DNA of 60,578 nucleotides, the filler included, from Sphacelaria rigidula (lineage: Eukaryota): NCBI GenBank assembly GCA_964200075.2. It is 6 parts of 6 records of this genome, joined end to end, with 100 filler letters (N's around TTAATTAATTAA, not from the genome) between each part and the next. Parts side by side here need not be neighbours in the genome. Positions count along the whole stretch, not along the records: positions 40,457 to 50,467 come from CAXNAA020007323.1; positions 50,568 to 60,578 come from CAXNAA020007324.1; 4 more parts are not named here. One strand, given 5' to 3'. Below the pieces are notes generated by a model. That model was not told the DNA's origin. It searched no databases and saw only the letters and a list, made by a program, of their open reading frames with translations. Every line of letters begins with the position of its first letter. Within the stretch, counting starts at the first letter, position 1. Made by a program: the position numbers and the translations under genes. This document shows, piece after piece, positions 47,356-58,737 of this stretch.

Positions 47356-47972
47356 ATGAAGAGGACTGCAGCCGTTGTTACCCTTCTCGCGGCAGGCTCC
47401 AGCCCACACACCGCTGCCAGTACCACCTCCGTCTCCTCTTCAGCCTCCACCACCACTATGGCACTAGCCTTCACATCTACGCCCATGGTACTGCGACCAC
47501 GGGCGCTCGTGTCACGATCATCTCACTATGGTGGCAGCAAGCGCATGTTTCCAGGCGTGCGCCAAGCACGGGCTATCTCCTCGACATTTCGAACCCGCGC
47601 AGCAACCACGCGGCATGCAAAGGACGACAGCAACAACAACAACGATGACGACAGCAAAGCTTTGTACAGCGGCAATTTCCAGCCGTCAGCAGCCTCGCCC
47701 CAGATGAAGACGACCTTTAGGCGCTCGCTTCAATCTCCGAATATCGAGAGCGGGCAGCCTCCACGGGACCGACCGCACCCGCCTCAGCGCTCCTCGGGTA
47801 CCGACAGTGGTTACTTCCAAGAGGGTACTGGCGGAGAGCGGTGGCGATCACCACAGTCGCGCGAGGAGGAGCTCACGAGGCGCGGGTCGGCGGGCGCTTC
47901 GGGTACTCGAATGGGTGCCACACAGCCGGCCACAGAGTACGACTGGAGGCAGTCCGTGTTTGAGTTTCAAAG
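47356..47972 (+). CDS. First exon of an unknown protein with a probable bipartite plastid-targeting presequence
   Basis: MKRTAAVVTLLAAG...MALA|FTSTP (ASAFAP-like), then a Ser/Thr/Arg-rich acid-free transit-like stretch; AG|gtgagt donor. Confidence 0.7.
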
Positions 47973-48929
47973 GTGAGTTCGTCTCGTCTTGTTTCATAAT
48001 TCTTTGGTTTCGCGACATGAAAAGATACACTGATGTGTGGATTGGCCCGCATCGTTCCCATCGTACTGTACTGTGCTGTACTGTTGTCTGTACAAAGTAC
48101 CGTATGTTCCGGGATGCACTTTCGGTTGCTGTCCGAGTATGTGCATTTTCGTCGCTGCTGGTATATATGTGCCCGGGCACATGTGACGTGGACGCGATAC
48201 TACGACTGCTGTTAGAAGAGGTGCTGGTGATGCTGGCGACCTTCCTGCTTCCCTGTTCTTGCCATCCTCTATCTGCGTGATGCAATCACGGACGATGCCG
48301 TCGTTTTATGTCGGGGGGTCTCCTGGCTGCGCTCGCGATGGTATACCGTTCGTGTGTGGCGTTGCGAAGTTATTTCATCCAATCGAACGTGAACATTCGA
48401 ACCTTGTCTTGGTCTCCCTTTTTTTTATATATATATGGAGTGATCATACGATTGATCATTCACCATGAAGATGAAAATGAACCAGTGTTGAAAATCGAAC
48501 GGAATAAAAAGTTCGATACGATTTATCAAAATATCGAGGGGAAAACGTCGATATCGCTATTTTTATCGATAGAGTAAGCGGAAAATGGCCAAACAGCCGA
48601 TTTTCTGGGCTTTTTTTGGCGACTGTCCGTTCTAGCATTTCATTGGTTAAAACGAACATGTTGTAGAAATGACGCGATGCCTTGTCCGCTCGTCATCGTT
48701 CCTTGTGGTGTACAGTTGTACAAACAGTCAAGAACCCAGTGGCGTGTGCCGTCCAAAAGGAGGGTTCAATGAAACTTTGAGTAATATGATAACCCCCCGC
48801 AGAGGCACGGAAGACGTCCGCATCAGATGCCCAGTACAAGCACTGCGCAGATATCGGGACGGTTTTTCATGCGAAGAAAACGAAGATAACAAGAGCCAGG
48901 GTACCCGTGCACAGGAATTTTTCATACTC

Positions 48930-50467
48930 GCCCCCCCCTCCCCCCCACGGTGAGACACTCATGAAGCAGTGTATAAAGCCGTGGCTGTCTCTGCAAGTGG
49001 CGATACCAGAAAATGAACCAACTCACTGGGGGCTGTCATGCAAATGCCAGATAACCATATGCAGACGACTTCATATCCCCAACCCGCCGCGTGCATATGG
49101 AGGCGTGTTGGGGAAAAATCGACGTCGGTGAGACGTCGGCACTTTAAGGAACAAATATATATATATATATAGCACTTTTAGCCGGTAGGCTTGCAGGAGC
49201 CTTGTGCCACGGCTAGGTGTGGTATACTCATGATCTTGCATGCCGTAGTCATATGACCGTTGACTCCGCATCCTTGCCAAGCCGGGACGGAGCATGCAGG
49301 GTTCTCGACGAAACAGATTGGCAATCAATCACCAAGCGCAAATCGTACTGATAATCCTGCATATAGATGACAGCCTCGAATGAGTTGCTTCATTTTCTGG
49401 TATCGCCAATTCCAGAAGCAGCCACGGGTTACACTACCTCACGAGTGTCTCACGCTTTAAACTGGTATGTGGTACGACCATCATCTCCTTTGCGCGGAGT
49501 TGAGGTTCTCCACCCCGCGCAATATGATCTAGCTCGACCGCCATCATGGATATCGCAACAGAAGCGCAAGCGAGGCACAAGACGGTGACCTCGTTGCCTT
49601 GCATACGCAGTGAGAGGCGTATTTCACAGCATTATTGCCAACCGACGCCAGCCCTCACCGTTGAATGTGGGGGAAGGGGGACGTACTCGTGATCTTGCAT
49701 GCCGTTGTCATAGACCATTGACCTCGCATCCCTACAAAGCCGGGACGAAGCGCCCCAGGTTTTCACCGGACGGGGGGGAAGGGGAGGGTGTACTCATGAT
49801 CATGCATGTCATGGTCATAAGACCTTTGACCTCGTATCCCTACAAAGCAGGGACGGAGCACGCCGGATTTCCGCTGGACTAGGTTCCCAATGAATCACCA
49901 AGCGCAGAGCGTCGTGGTGTGTTCGGCGAGTCGCATGAAGGGTGAGCTGCATCCTTCTGAGATTGTTTGGCCCGAAGCCTACTGATTATCTTGCATTTGG
50001 ATGACAACCTGCAATGAGTTGCTTTATTTTCTGGTATCGCCACTTTCAGAGACAGCCACGGCTTCTACACTGCCTCATGGTATACACTGCCTCATGGGTG
50101 TTTCACGATGTAAAAACCACTTGGTACGATTATCCATGACAACCTGCAATGAGTTGCTGTATTTTCTGGTATCGCCACTTTCAGAGACAGCCACGGCTTC
50201 TACACTGCCTCATGGTATACACTGCCTCATGGGTGTTTCACCATGTAAAAACCACTTAGTACGATTATCCTCATTATGGGGAGTTGAGGTTCTCCCACGC
50301 CGCACATCTGCCGTGACCACCATCATGGTTACCGCAAAAAAACGCGAGTGCGCAAAACGAATCGATAACCTGGTAGCCTAGCTTCACGCAGTGAGTGGCG
50401 TGTTTTATAGCGTCATCGCCAAGCGACGTCAACCCCATCGGGGGTCCGCCCCTACAAAGCCGAGACG
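48930..50467. mobile_element. Cluster of family B retroelement fragments (one +, at least four - in tandem)
   Basis: Units at about 48945-49060(+), 49215-49670, 49680-49772, 49785-50440 and 50445-50467, mostly separated by G/C tracts; 135-bp tandem duplication 50001-50270. Confidence 0.8.
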
Positions 50468-50567
50468 NNNNNNNNNNNNNNNNNNNNNNNNNNNNNNNNN
50501 NNNNNNNNNNNTTAATTAATTAANNNNNNNNNNNNNNNNNNNNNNNNNNNNNNNNNNNNNNNNNNNN
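50468..50567. other. Artificial contig linker
   Basis: N44-TTAATTAATTAA-N44. Confidence 0.98.
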
Positions 50568-50652
50568 GATGACAGCCAACAATGAGTTGCTTTATTTCAT
50601 GGTATCGCCACTTCCAGAGACAGCCCCGGCTTATACACAGCCTCATGGGTGT
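50568..50652 (-). mobile_element. Family B retroelement fragment
   Basis: GATGACAGCC...GGTATCGCCACTTCCAGAGACAGCC...CCTCATGGGTGT matches 7177-7261. Confidence 0.75.
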
Positions 50653-51113
50653 TGAACCAGCACGCAAGAAGGAGCGGGGGGTGCATAGAACATGCCAACT
50701 CCGAGGAAGACAACGGCATCGCCGCCCAGGAATGGGGCGGCGAAAATGCCGCGATCAGCACGACAGGTTCGAGACGAGTAAATGCCCCAGATGGAAGATC
50801 GCAGCGAGCTGTTGCAATTGAGGATGCAGGGGGGACAAGTGAACGCGACGGGATGCAAGGGGGTCGGGAACACAAGGTGGGGGATCACAGCAGCAGCAGC
50901 AGGGTGACGGAGGGTGGGCTGCGATGTGTGCACGTTCTGGAACGATGTTGCCCCCACGCAACGGAACATCGGCAGGAGCAGCGACGATGAATGGCGTCTT
51001 CGATGCGAAAAGTGGATAGCATACACAGAAAGACTCAGCCATCGCCATCCGCCCCCGACGAGCAAATGTGACGCATGCGCCCAGAGAGGTGCAGGAGACA
51101 AGATGAGCGATTT

Positions 51114-51543
51114 AAACACGCGATTTTACAAATTTAGGATGGATCTCTTTTGGGGGATGAGAATCTCGGAGAATTAAAATCTTCGTATTTACACCAGATC
51201 TCCGAAATATGGTTCCATTTCTTCATCTACTGATGGCTATCGACAACTGCTACAAGCCATAGAAATTTGGATTTCGATCACCGAAATTTTGTTGTTCCAA
51301 GTGAAAAACCAATTCCGGAACCATTCGGCGTCCGTTCGGACACTCGGAATTCCTCACAGTTGTTTTATCACCTAAGACCCCAAGATGTCGGTGATCGAAA
51401 TCCAATTTTTTATTATGACGTGTAGCAGTTGTCAATAGCTATCAGTAGGTAAAAAAATGGAACCATATTCCGAAAAATTGGTGTGGATACGAAGATTTTA
51501 TTTCTCCGGGTTTCTCATCCCCAATTTGTAAGATCCCGTGTTT
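51114..51543. mobile_element. Foldback-type MITE (family I)
   Basis: AAACACGCGATTTTACAAATT...AATTTGTAAGATCCCGTGTTT; homologue of 30945-31391. Confidence 0.8.
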
Positions 51544-52901
51544 TAATGCTCGGAACTTCGGAGGGTGTGCAACGCAAGGTGTCCTAAAAGCTTGCATCCG
51601 CGTGCTCACTTCCATGTACATGCATGAGCAAGTCCCTGTGGGGGTTTTAGCCAGATCCCCCGTTTGCGGGGGATTTAGCTAGATCCCTCGTATTCGGGAG
51701 ATTGCGTCCCCTGTATTTTCGCAGTACCTCCTGGCGTTCGTCCCATGAGCCTCGTATGGACATAACAACATCCGGAGTACACTCACACATGGTCCCTAAC
51801 CCTCGTGCAAGGCATCACACGGTGCAAACAGCTCCATAGCGAATTGGTGAATCGAGCTAGTGGCACTGTTGGGTGACTGCGACAATCCTTTTAGGGTGTC
51901 GTGGCCGTACCGGGCTGGGATGGGAGCCTCGGCTGCGCTCGGCTACTCAAGTCGATATACCAACAGCAAGACCACAAAATGTAGAAATGTTCGTAACTTC
52001 CTATTGGTTGTATCACCTTCATTCTGGGCGTGATATTGTTCGGGAAGGCATTGCTGTACTATCTCAAACGAGGAACTCGTCATTTTGCGAGCAATAAATA
52101 ACAACAGCGCCACTTTTCGTGGTCACCCTCAATTCACACATTGCAAGCTGCCCGAAATGTGGGAGCAACTCTGAACAGAAGGTGATGAAAAAAAGTAAGG
52201 GTCAGAACCGTTGATATGTGATGTCACTTCATGTATAGCACCTCTCCTTTGATGTTGGCGCTCGTTGATTTTTGCGGCACCAGACGAGTATGTACTCGTA
52301 TGTATTTTGTGTGTACGGAGGCCTTCTATTCTGCATATCCAACATCATGGAGAAGGGCCGAAAAGTTGGGTAGTCTTGGATCATCTCGAGAGTTGAGCGC
52401 GCTGGGTTTAGCTTCCGTTATACTATATTTAAATTGGAGATACCGTGACGAAGAGTGGTATCACCTCATATCCGTGTGAACACATTCGCAACCTTTTTCT
52501 CCAGATCCTGAACCATACATCGTAGTTTCCTGTAGCTTTGACCTGAACAATAGACTTCCCTCAAGACACCCTGCACAGTTGGAGCCCTTATTCGTGCGGA
52601 CAATGTACCGTGTTCAACTTTTCGATGCGATTAGATTCACCAACCAAGGTACGTGATTACGTGGCGACTTGCCATTGTTTCGACACGGTCTGATCAATGA
52701 CTGAACAATAATAAATATGCAAAGCAACAACAAAAAGTGCATTCCTATATCCACCCCCCTCTCCTCATCCTGTGCTGCGAACCAGACAAGCATTCTCGAA
52801 TCGATACGCTGAATCCCCTGAAGAGCCCCGACTTCCTCGGCAGTGGTGCCGTAGGTATACCGTACTCCTCCATCTCTCTTCGGCGAAGTTCCTCTTATAA
52901 A

Positions 52902-53057
52902 TCACGCGACACCTCGTCTCCAGGAAGGTGTCGCACGCCCCGCGAAGCGCAGGTCGCGTCCGCTCATCGGTACTTTAGACTGATGCGCAGGTTGTCTAGC
53001 TCTGGCGTCCTCCAGATCGTCGAGATCTTCTGGCTCAAGCTCCCGTTCCTTCGAAGC
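52902..53057 (-). CDS. CCDC112: CCDC112-like protein, terminal exon; absent from the ORF track
   Basis: gcccag|GCT; ASKERELE...FAGRATPSWRRGVA*, similar to the CCDC112 C-terminal RAIPTWRQGI motif. Confidence 0.8.
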   Translation of the reverse strand, partial: ASKERELEPEDLDDLEDARARQPAHQSKVPMSGRDLRFAGRATPSWRRGVA

Positions 53058-54640
53058 CTGGGCATTCCGCGACAACATGAAGGAATGCGGATCATGTGAG
53101 GGTTAGGGATAGGCCCGTGTGAGTCGCGAACATGACTATTCAGGAGACACTGGCTGTTAATATGTTGCCTACGGTTTGTCAACATTCCACCCACTTTTGA
53201 GCGCAAAACGTTCGAGTCGATTTTTCGGACCCAAGCAGCCTATGCAAGCCACCACCGTAAGAACGCTCGTTCTTCTAGCACCATAGGTATTTTCAACTCG
53301 TAAGTATCAACATCCACAGCCTTGAACGAGTTATTTCGGCTATGCAGAGCGCCGGTCCATAAATGAGGGTCAATCGACTAGTTTTACAACGACCCTCATC
53401 ACTCCAAATGACAGCCTCTACTCCTTTCGCTGAACCCCCGACTACTTTCATAAGAACACACGATATCAGCCGAAAGTAGGTCCGAACCCAAAATTCTAGA
53501 AAGAAAAAGAAACGGAGAATTGCCAATGCTCCACACCCTGGACACTATAACAGATTACTACGTCCATTGCAATGGTTCCCGGATTCGTGTTGAAAGCGAG
53601 TAAGGACAAGCCTATTCACCTGTTTGATTTCGCTGTAGACCCCATCATAGTCGGCAATAGTTGAGTAAGTTCGTATACGCCGTACATTAAATGGGGACTT
53701 TCGAACTTCCTTCTCCAACAACGTGCTAGAGCCTATGCCTGAGAGGTTCAATCGTCAGTCAAGGAATGCGAGCATGTCCTGTGCGACACTCGTGTTCGGG
53801 ATAGAGAACCCTTTCATGTCCGGAATCTCGCAGGCGGAAAAATTCAAAAAGAGGTTGAAAATAAGGGACAACTCGCACATTTGATTTCACTTCATGTATA
53901 ATCATGTGTTTGATATGTATTCACCCTGATTCTTCACGGATACCGCACAATCAAGCCTTTGCCAAGGGGTAAGGGATATATGCTGTCAAAGCCTGCGGCA
54001 AACCCTATATCCATATCACAAGTGGGACTTGCAAACGGTTGCTTAAACACGCTTGGTTGTGTCTGCTCTCGTCTCTTTCGCGTTTCGTCTTTCTTGTTAC
54101 CTGTGCTACCGTCTGTCTGCCTTGGATTTATTCGTTATTCGATTGTTCTGAAGGTCGTTACCATCCATTCGCTTGGCAGTGCAGCATGAATCCCATGCCA
54201 CAGGGGAATCCTGATTAGGAAATAGGCTTTGATGCATACACACTTAGGCGTTATATAGGGAAAGGGTTGGGGAACAGCAGGTTACCGCCGCGCCGCTCTC
54301 TGGGACCGAGCTCCTGTTCTTCTCGATGGCGCGAATGAAAACGTCACGCTGGGAGTAACTCCGCGCTTGGTATTTGCGTTGTATATATATATATATATAG
54401 GGTAGTCGATTGTTTTTCGGGCGCCGTCACGCGTGAGGTGTGCTGTACGTGTTTCAGGCTGGCTAAACACCATCGGAACACCAAGATTCGAGGCAGAGGC
54501 AGTGTATAACAGCACTAAGAGACAACACAGGCGCTCAAAGGCCGAACAATATATTATAGAGATATAGGTACGGGCTAATGCTTTGCAAGTAACCTCAGAC
54601 GACATTTATACAAATTTCGACCACCCACATCCGTGCCCAC

Positions 54641-54814
54641 CTTTGTTGCCTTGAGAATCCTTGCGCTGTCTACCGTCACTGCAGCCCATCGTTCCGAGGC
54701 CGCCGCCTTCCGTTTGTCTGCCTCTAATTGGCGCTCTTGGTCTTTCTTCCTCGCTTCTTCTCGTCGCTGCCGTGCGTTTTCAACGTCTCGCCTGACTCGG
54801 GCGTCTAGATCCGT
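54641..54814 (-). CDS. CCDC112: CCDC112-like exon
   Basis: cggcag|ACG...AAG|gtgggc; ends VTVDSARILKATK, similar to VSRDPSRLYKPTK. Confidence 0.8.
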
Positions 54815-56212
54815 CTGCCGAAAAATGAAAACGCACAAGCAGGTATCAATCACACAGGCAAAATCGGGATGATATCATCAGTGATCATTGCAAAACTAGA
54901 AGCAGTAAGAAAGGGGATACCTTTTCTTCTTACGACACAAACAAGTGTTGATAACTCGTCAGGCGTGTCGGAGCAGGAATCTCCGAAGTCAGTGTTTCGC
55001 GATGCGGAATGGACATGTTCGCGGCGCTTGTGCGCGGCTGGGACGGGTACTCCCTGGTCAATCAAGGTTTTGGCTTCGCATGGTCCATTGGTATGTGTTG
55101 ACTTTCACGCGCGCGCCCACGTCGGCGCCTTCTCTCGAGAGAGCGTACGCAGTATATATGAGCACGTCTTGAGGCGGATATGACGGACCACGCTGAGGAC
55201 TGGGAGCTCTCGATCAATCTCTTGTTTCGAAAAGGGCTGGTGATTCACGTTAGTCCGCAGGAAATATAAATATATCGCGCGGACGGAACCGCTCGCTTCC
55301 CCTATGCAATCTGTTGATGCGTACCGCTTTCGACGCGGAGACATGAGGTCGTGCATCGGCACATTTTCCTACGCTCAGTTCACCAACGTTTCCGAAGGGA
55401 GAACGAGATATGTAGGGTCTAGTGGATTAGGGTAGTTTCTCCGCAGGTCTTTCAATTTTTGTTGATGGGATTTTTTTGCTTGCGAATAAACATGGGATTG
55501 ACGTTGATCCAATATCAAGTTGATAGTCTCCATCGGGTTTTAAACGTGCGTGTCGGCCACGAGCAATTGAATGGTCGCTCTACACAGTCGTGTGGAACAA
55601 ATATCGTGAAAAGCAGCTGCTCGCTGGTGCAACCGGAGCTGGGGCGGCTTGCCAATACTTCGCAATGCCGTCGGACGTTACTTGTGCCAAACAATGTTAT
55701 CCAAGGCTGACGCACCGTGGCTTGGTACCCTTCGCCATCAATGCCGAGCCCGACCCAGTCCCTTGAGGTTGTCTACGATTCGTCCGCTGCGCATCTTTGC
55801 GAAACTCACTGTGGGGTGTATCACATGCTTTTGTGCTCTGCAAATTGTAGCGTTAAGCAGATGTATGCTCAGTGCTGGTTCTGACTGAGTGACGCTGTAA
55901 TGCGTATGCGTTGAACTAAAAAATGGTGCAATGTGACGTGTGTCATGCCAGACCAAGAGTGGAGGTGGACGACCGCTACACAGACGCATCATCCAATCTG
56001 CCAGATTATACTCAGCATTCTCTTGATGCAAAATTTGGCTTAGGTTGAGGGCTGCTTGATATCGACGGTACACTGGGCACAGATCACCTACGGAATACGA
56101 CCGAGCAACCCTCGTAAGAGTTATTCAGACATCGGGAAGGGTATTCCTCCGCATCGAGCTTGATTCCTCTTTCAGTTTCGAGTGCTTGCTACAGTATGCC
56201 GTGTGTGCTCGC

Positions 56213-56338
56213 CTGCGAGTGCCGCCGCTGTTCCCTGACAAGCATCCGCTCTACCTCTCGTCTCCTGTTGTCCTCTCGCTCCCTTTCCATGCGGTAGGCT
56301 GTCACCTTCTCCTGAAGCCTGCGTTGCCGCCTCTTTTC
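56213..56338 (-). CDS. CCDC112: CCDC112-like exon, probably ending at a GC donor
   Basis: tcttag|GAA; EKRRQRRLQEKVTAYRMERERE...RRHSQ; CAG|gcgagc; 126 nt, phase 0/0. Confidence 0.7.
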
Positions 56339-58012
56339 CTAAGATTTGACACCAAGACAAAAGAAGTGACAAGAAGTCGCGTGGCGGTAACGTGTCGTGA
56401 ACTTCCTGTAAACTCACGCAGAAGTGCTGGAAATGATTTTGTGCTGGCCATTTGCGCGGTTACGTGATGGCTGGGGCAAAATTTCGCACGAGAGTAGTTG
56501 CATGATCCCCACGTGCGGCGAATCATGTCGAGATTTGGTTGAATCAATTTTTTGTTTGAGCAGTTGACCGTATACACATCGGGTGAATAATTGTGCATCA
56601 TGTCTCAAGCCAGCACATGTCAACACGCGAGCGGTTTGGGATAATCTGGTACGAATTAGTCGAGATCCTGATCCAAATGATTCAGCGAGAATTTGGAAAA
56701 AAATGTTTACAACATCCACAAACTTCTTGGGTTGGTAAAATCTGGGCGATGCTCAAACTTCAAAGCCCAGAAAGGTGTATGTCAAGCTTCAAGCGAAATC
56801 TCCCATCCTACGGAGAAGTTCTTTAGCGCCCTTAAAGAGGTGCCTGCATTGGTCGAACTGAAATACGTGACGTCTCGCCGACCAAGGGGCCTCGGAGGCG
56901 GAAGACATCGATTGGTCGTAACTTTACACCAGATGCTTTCCAATCTGGAGCAGTGGGTGACATTGAAAATGCAGCCCGTGTACCAGGCGGGATCTGGACG
57001 TCGGCGAGGAAGCACGCCGCGAAAGCGCACCACTTGAACATTCTTGTGGTTTTGGGGGGAATAGCGAGCAATGGGTTTGGGAAGGGAATGCTGCACTACT
57101 GTAGCCTCACACGAACGGGGGACGTGTCGAACCTAGCCGGTCCAAGACTGGACAGTGGCAAAAGGGAATGCAGGGCCAATATGAGAACAACATGTACAAT
57201 CAAGTCTGATGCAGCAGTTTTCGAGGAAAGTTTGGGCTTTTAACTGTCTCACGCACATGTACTACGAATAATCGAGGCTGTATGGGCAGTAAACAATCTG
57301 CACAGGTTCCAACAGCCGTATAGGGGGAGGGTAGTGGGGCGGAGTCCACGGCCAGATGGTCGCGGAAAATATAGATGTCCGGATCGATGCTGAACAGGTG
57401 GCGGAGTTGGCACTAGTCAAGGAGTAGGGAGGCGGGACGGGTACACAACGACGGGAGACTCCGGTGCTCATAGGCAAGCAACAGAGGAAGTTTAGTAAAA
57501 TCCTTTGTTGGTACGGTCAGACAAAACTATGCCAAAACGCTGGGGTAACGATCGATATACCACTCGTGGGAGAGAAAGTTATGCGATCAACACAAACCGA
57601 AATAGAAGTAGCGCCGCAACTATTTTTGCAGCGTGACGCCGAGGAACAGATTGAGTTGGGTGTCCTAGCGAATGAAAAGAACAAGGAGTCTAGATAGGAC
57701 GGGGAGCAAGAGATGGTACACTTCACCATCGACCACGTACGGCATCAGTTCACCCGCTGATATTTCCTCGAATGTTGTGGCGCATGCGTATCGATACCTG
57801 CACCGAACTATCGCACGCCCAAGTGGACAGTATGTATGTGTCAAGGGATGAAGTGGTGCGCGCGAAGGCGAGTCAGTGCATTTCACCACAAGCGTATGTG
57901 CAATCACAGCAACACGCTTGGGTCTACAGTCTGATGCCAGACCGCATCAAGGGCCAACCCTCCTACGCAAGATCTTTGCTACCCAGTGAGTATCGTTTCG
58001 GCTCTCCTGCAC

Positions 58013-58108
58013 CTCGTCCGTCTTGGCCCCATGTGCAACCTGATGCCGCCTTTCCTCTTCCAGCTTATTTTGTTCCTTTGCTTGCTTTTCCGCTCGCCAT
58101 TCGTCAAT
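58013..58108 (-). CDS. CCDC112: CCDC112-like exon
   Basis: gtgcag|ATT...GAG|gtgcag; IDEWRAEKQAKEQNKLEEERRHQ, similar to VEAWKKQK. Confidence 0.75.
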
Positions 58109-58623
58109 CTGCACAAGAACACAAGGGCGGTGTATGAGAACGCAAAAACATCCCACAGAGTGCGGGGCCGGATCTTGAGTCGCTTCAGTTGGGCCCGTAG
58201 AAGGATGGATGGATGCCTTCCTCGATGCCCTCGATTTGTCAAAAGCATCGCTACCCTGCACCGAAGGATGGGCTATGTAGGGCAGACGTACATGGACAGT
58301 AGTTCACTCCGACTTGTCCATCCTACCGTTCTGTCTCGTGTCTGTCGAAATCGTTCGGAGTGGTGGCATCGTCGAACGGTGTTAGCCAACACCACCGAGG
58401 TATATCGTAAAAGGCCATAAGTGTTTCGTTCATCATCGCAAGGGCCGGTACATATCCCACTCAAGCAAAACTGGGAGAGGGTGCGAAGGCCAGACATGAA
58501 TTGCGTCGGCAGCGATAGCAGGCAACGATAGCATCCCTTCCGAAAAATGTCCACCTTCGACACTCCAGCCGGAACACATGAGGGTGCGTCCGCGAGGGTG
58601 CACGCGCAACCGACCACACGCAC

Positions 58624-58737
58624 CATGAGCTTCTTGCGCTCTCGCTCGCGAGCATCTGCCTCCGCCGCGCCTGCTCTCTCCTCTATCCCTGTTGCAGCAC
58701 CATCGTTGAGTTGTATGGTCCCCGCTTTCCTCACCTC
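58624..58737 (-). CDS. CCDC112: CCDC112-like exon (upstream exons not identified)
   Basis: ttacag|GAG...ATG|gtgcgt; ...EADARERERKKLM; phase 0/0. Confidence 0.7.

Noticed and set aside
49215..50467. Retrozyme (hammerhead-containing tandem unit)
   Set aside because: No CTGANGA...GAAA core with flanking stems found by eye on either strand
50445..50652. Contigs 5 and 6 are truly adjacent because both ends lie in family B in the same orientation
   Set aside because: Family B is high-copy and a natural assembly break point; the linker has fixed length and the contigs are size-sorted
53290..53760. Copia reverse-transcriptase remnant (..LIYG..) in an intron
   Set aside because: Resemblance is limited to a few residues, with no YVDD or other supporting motif
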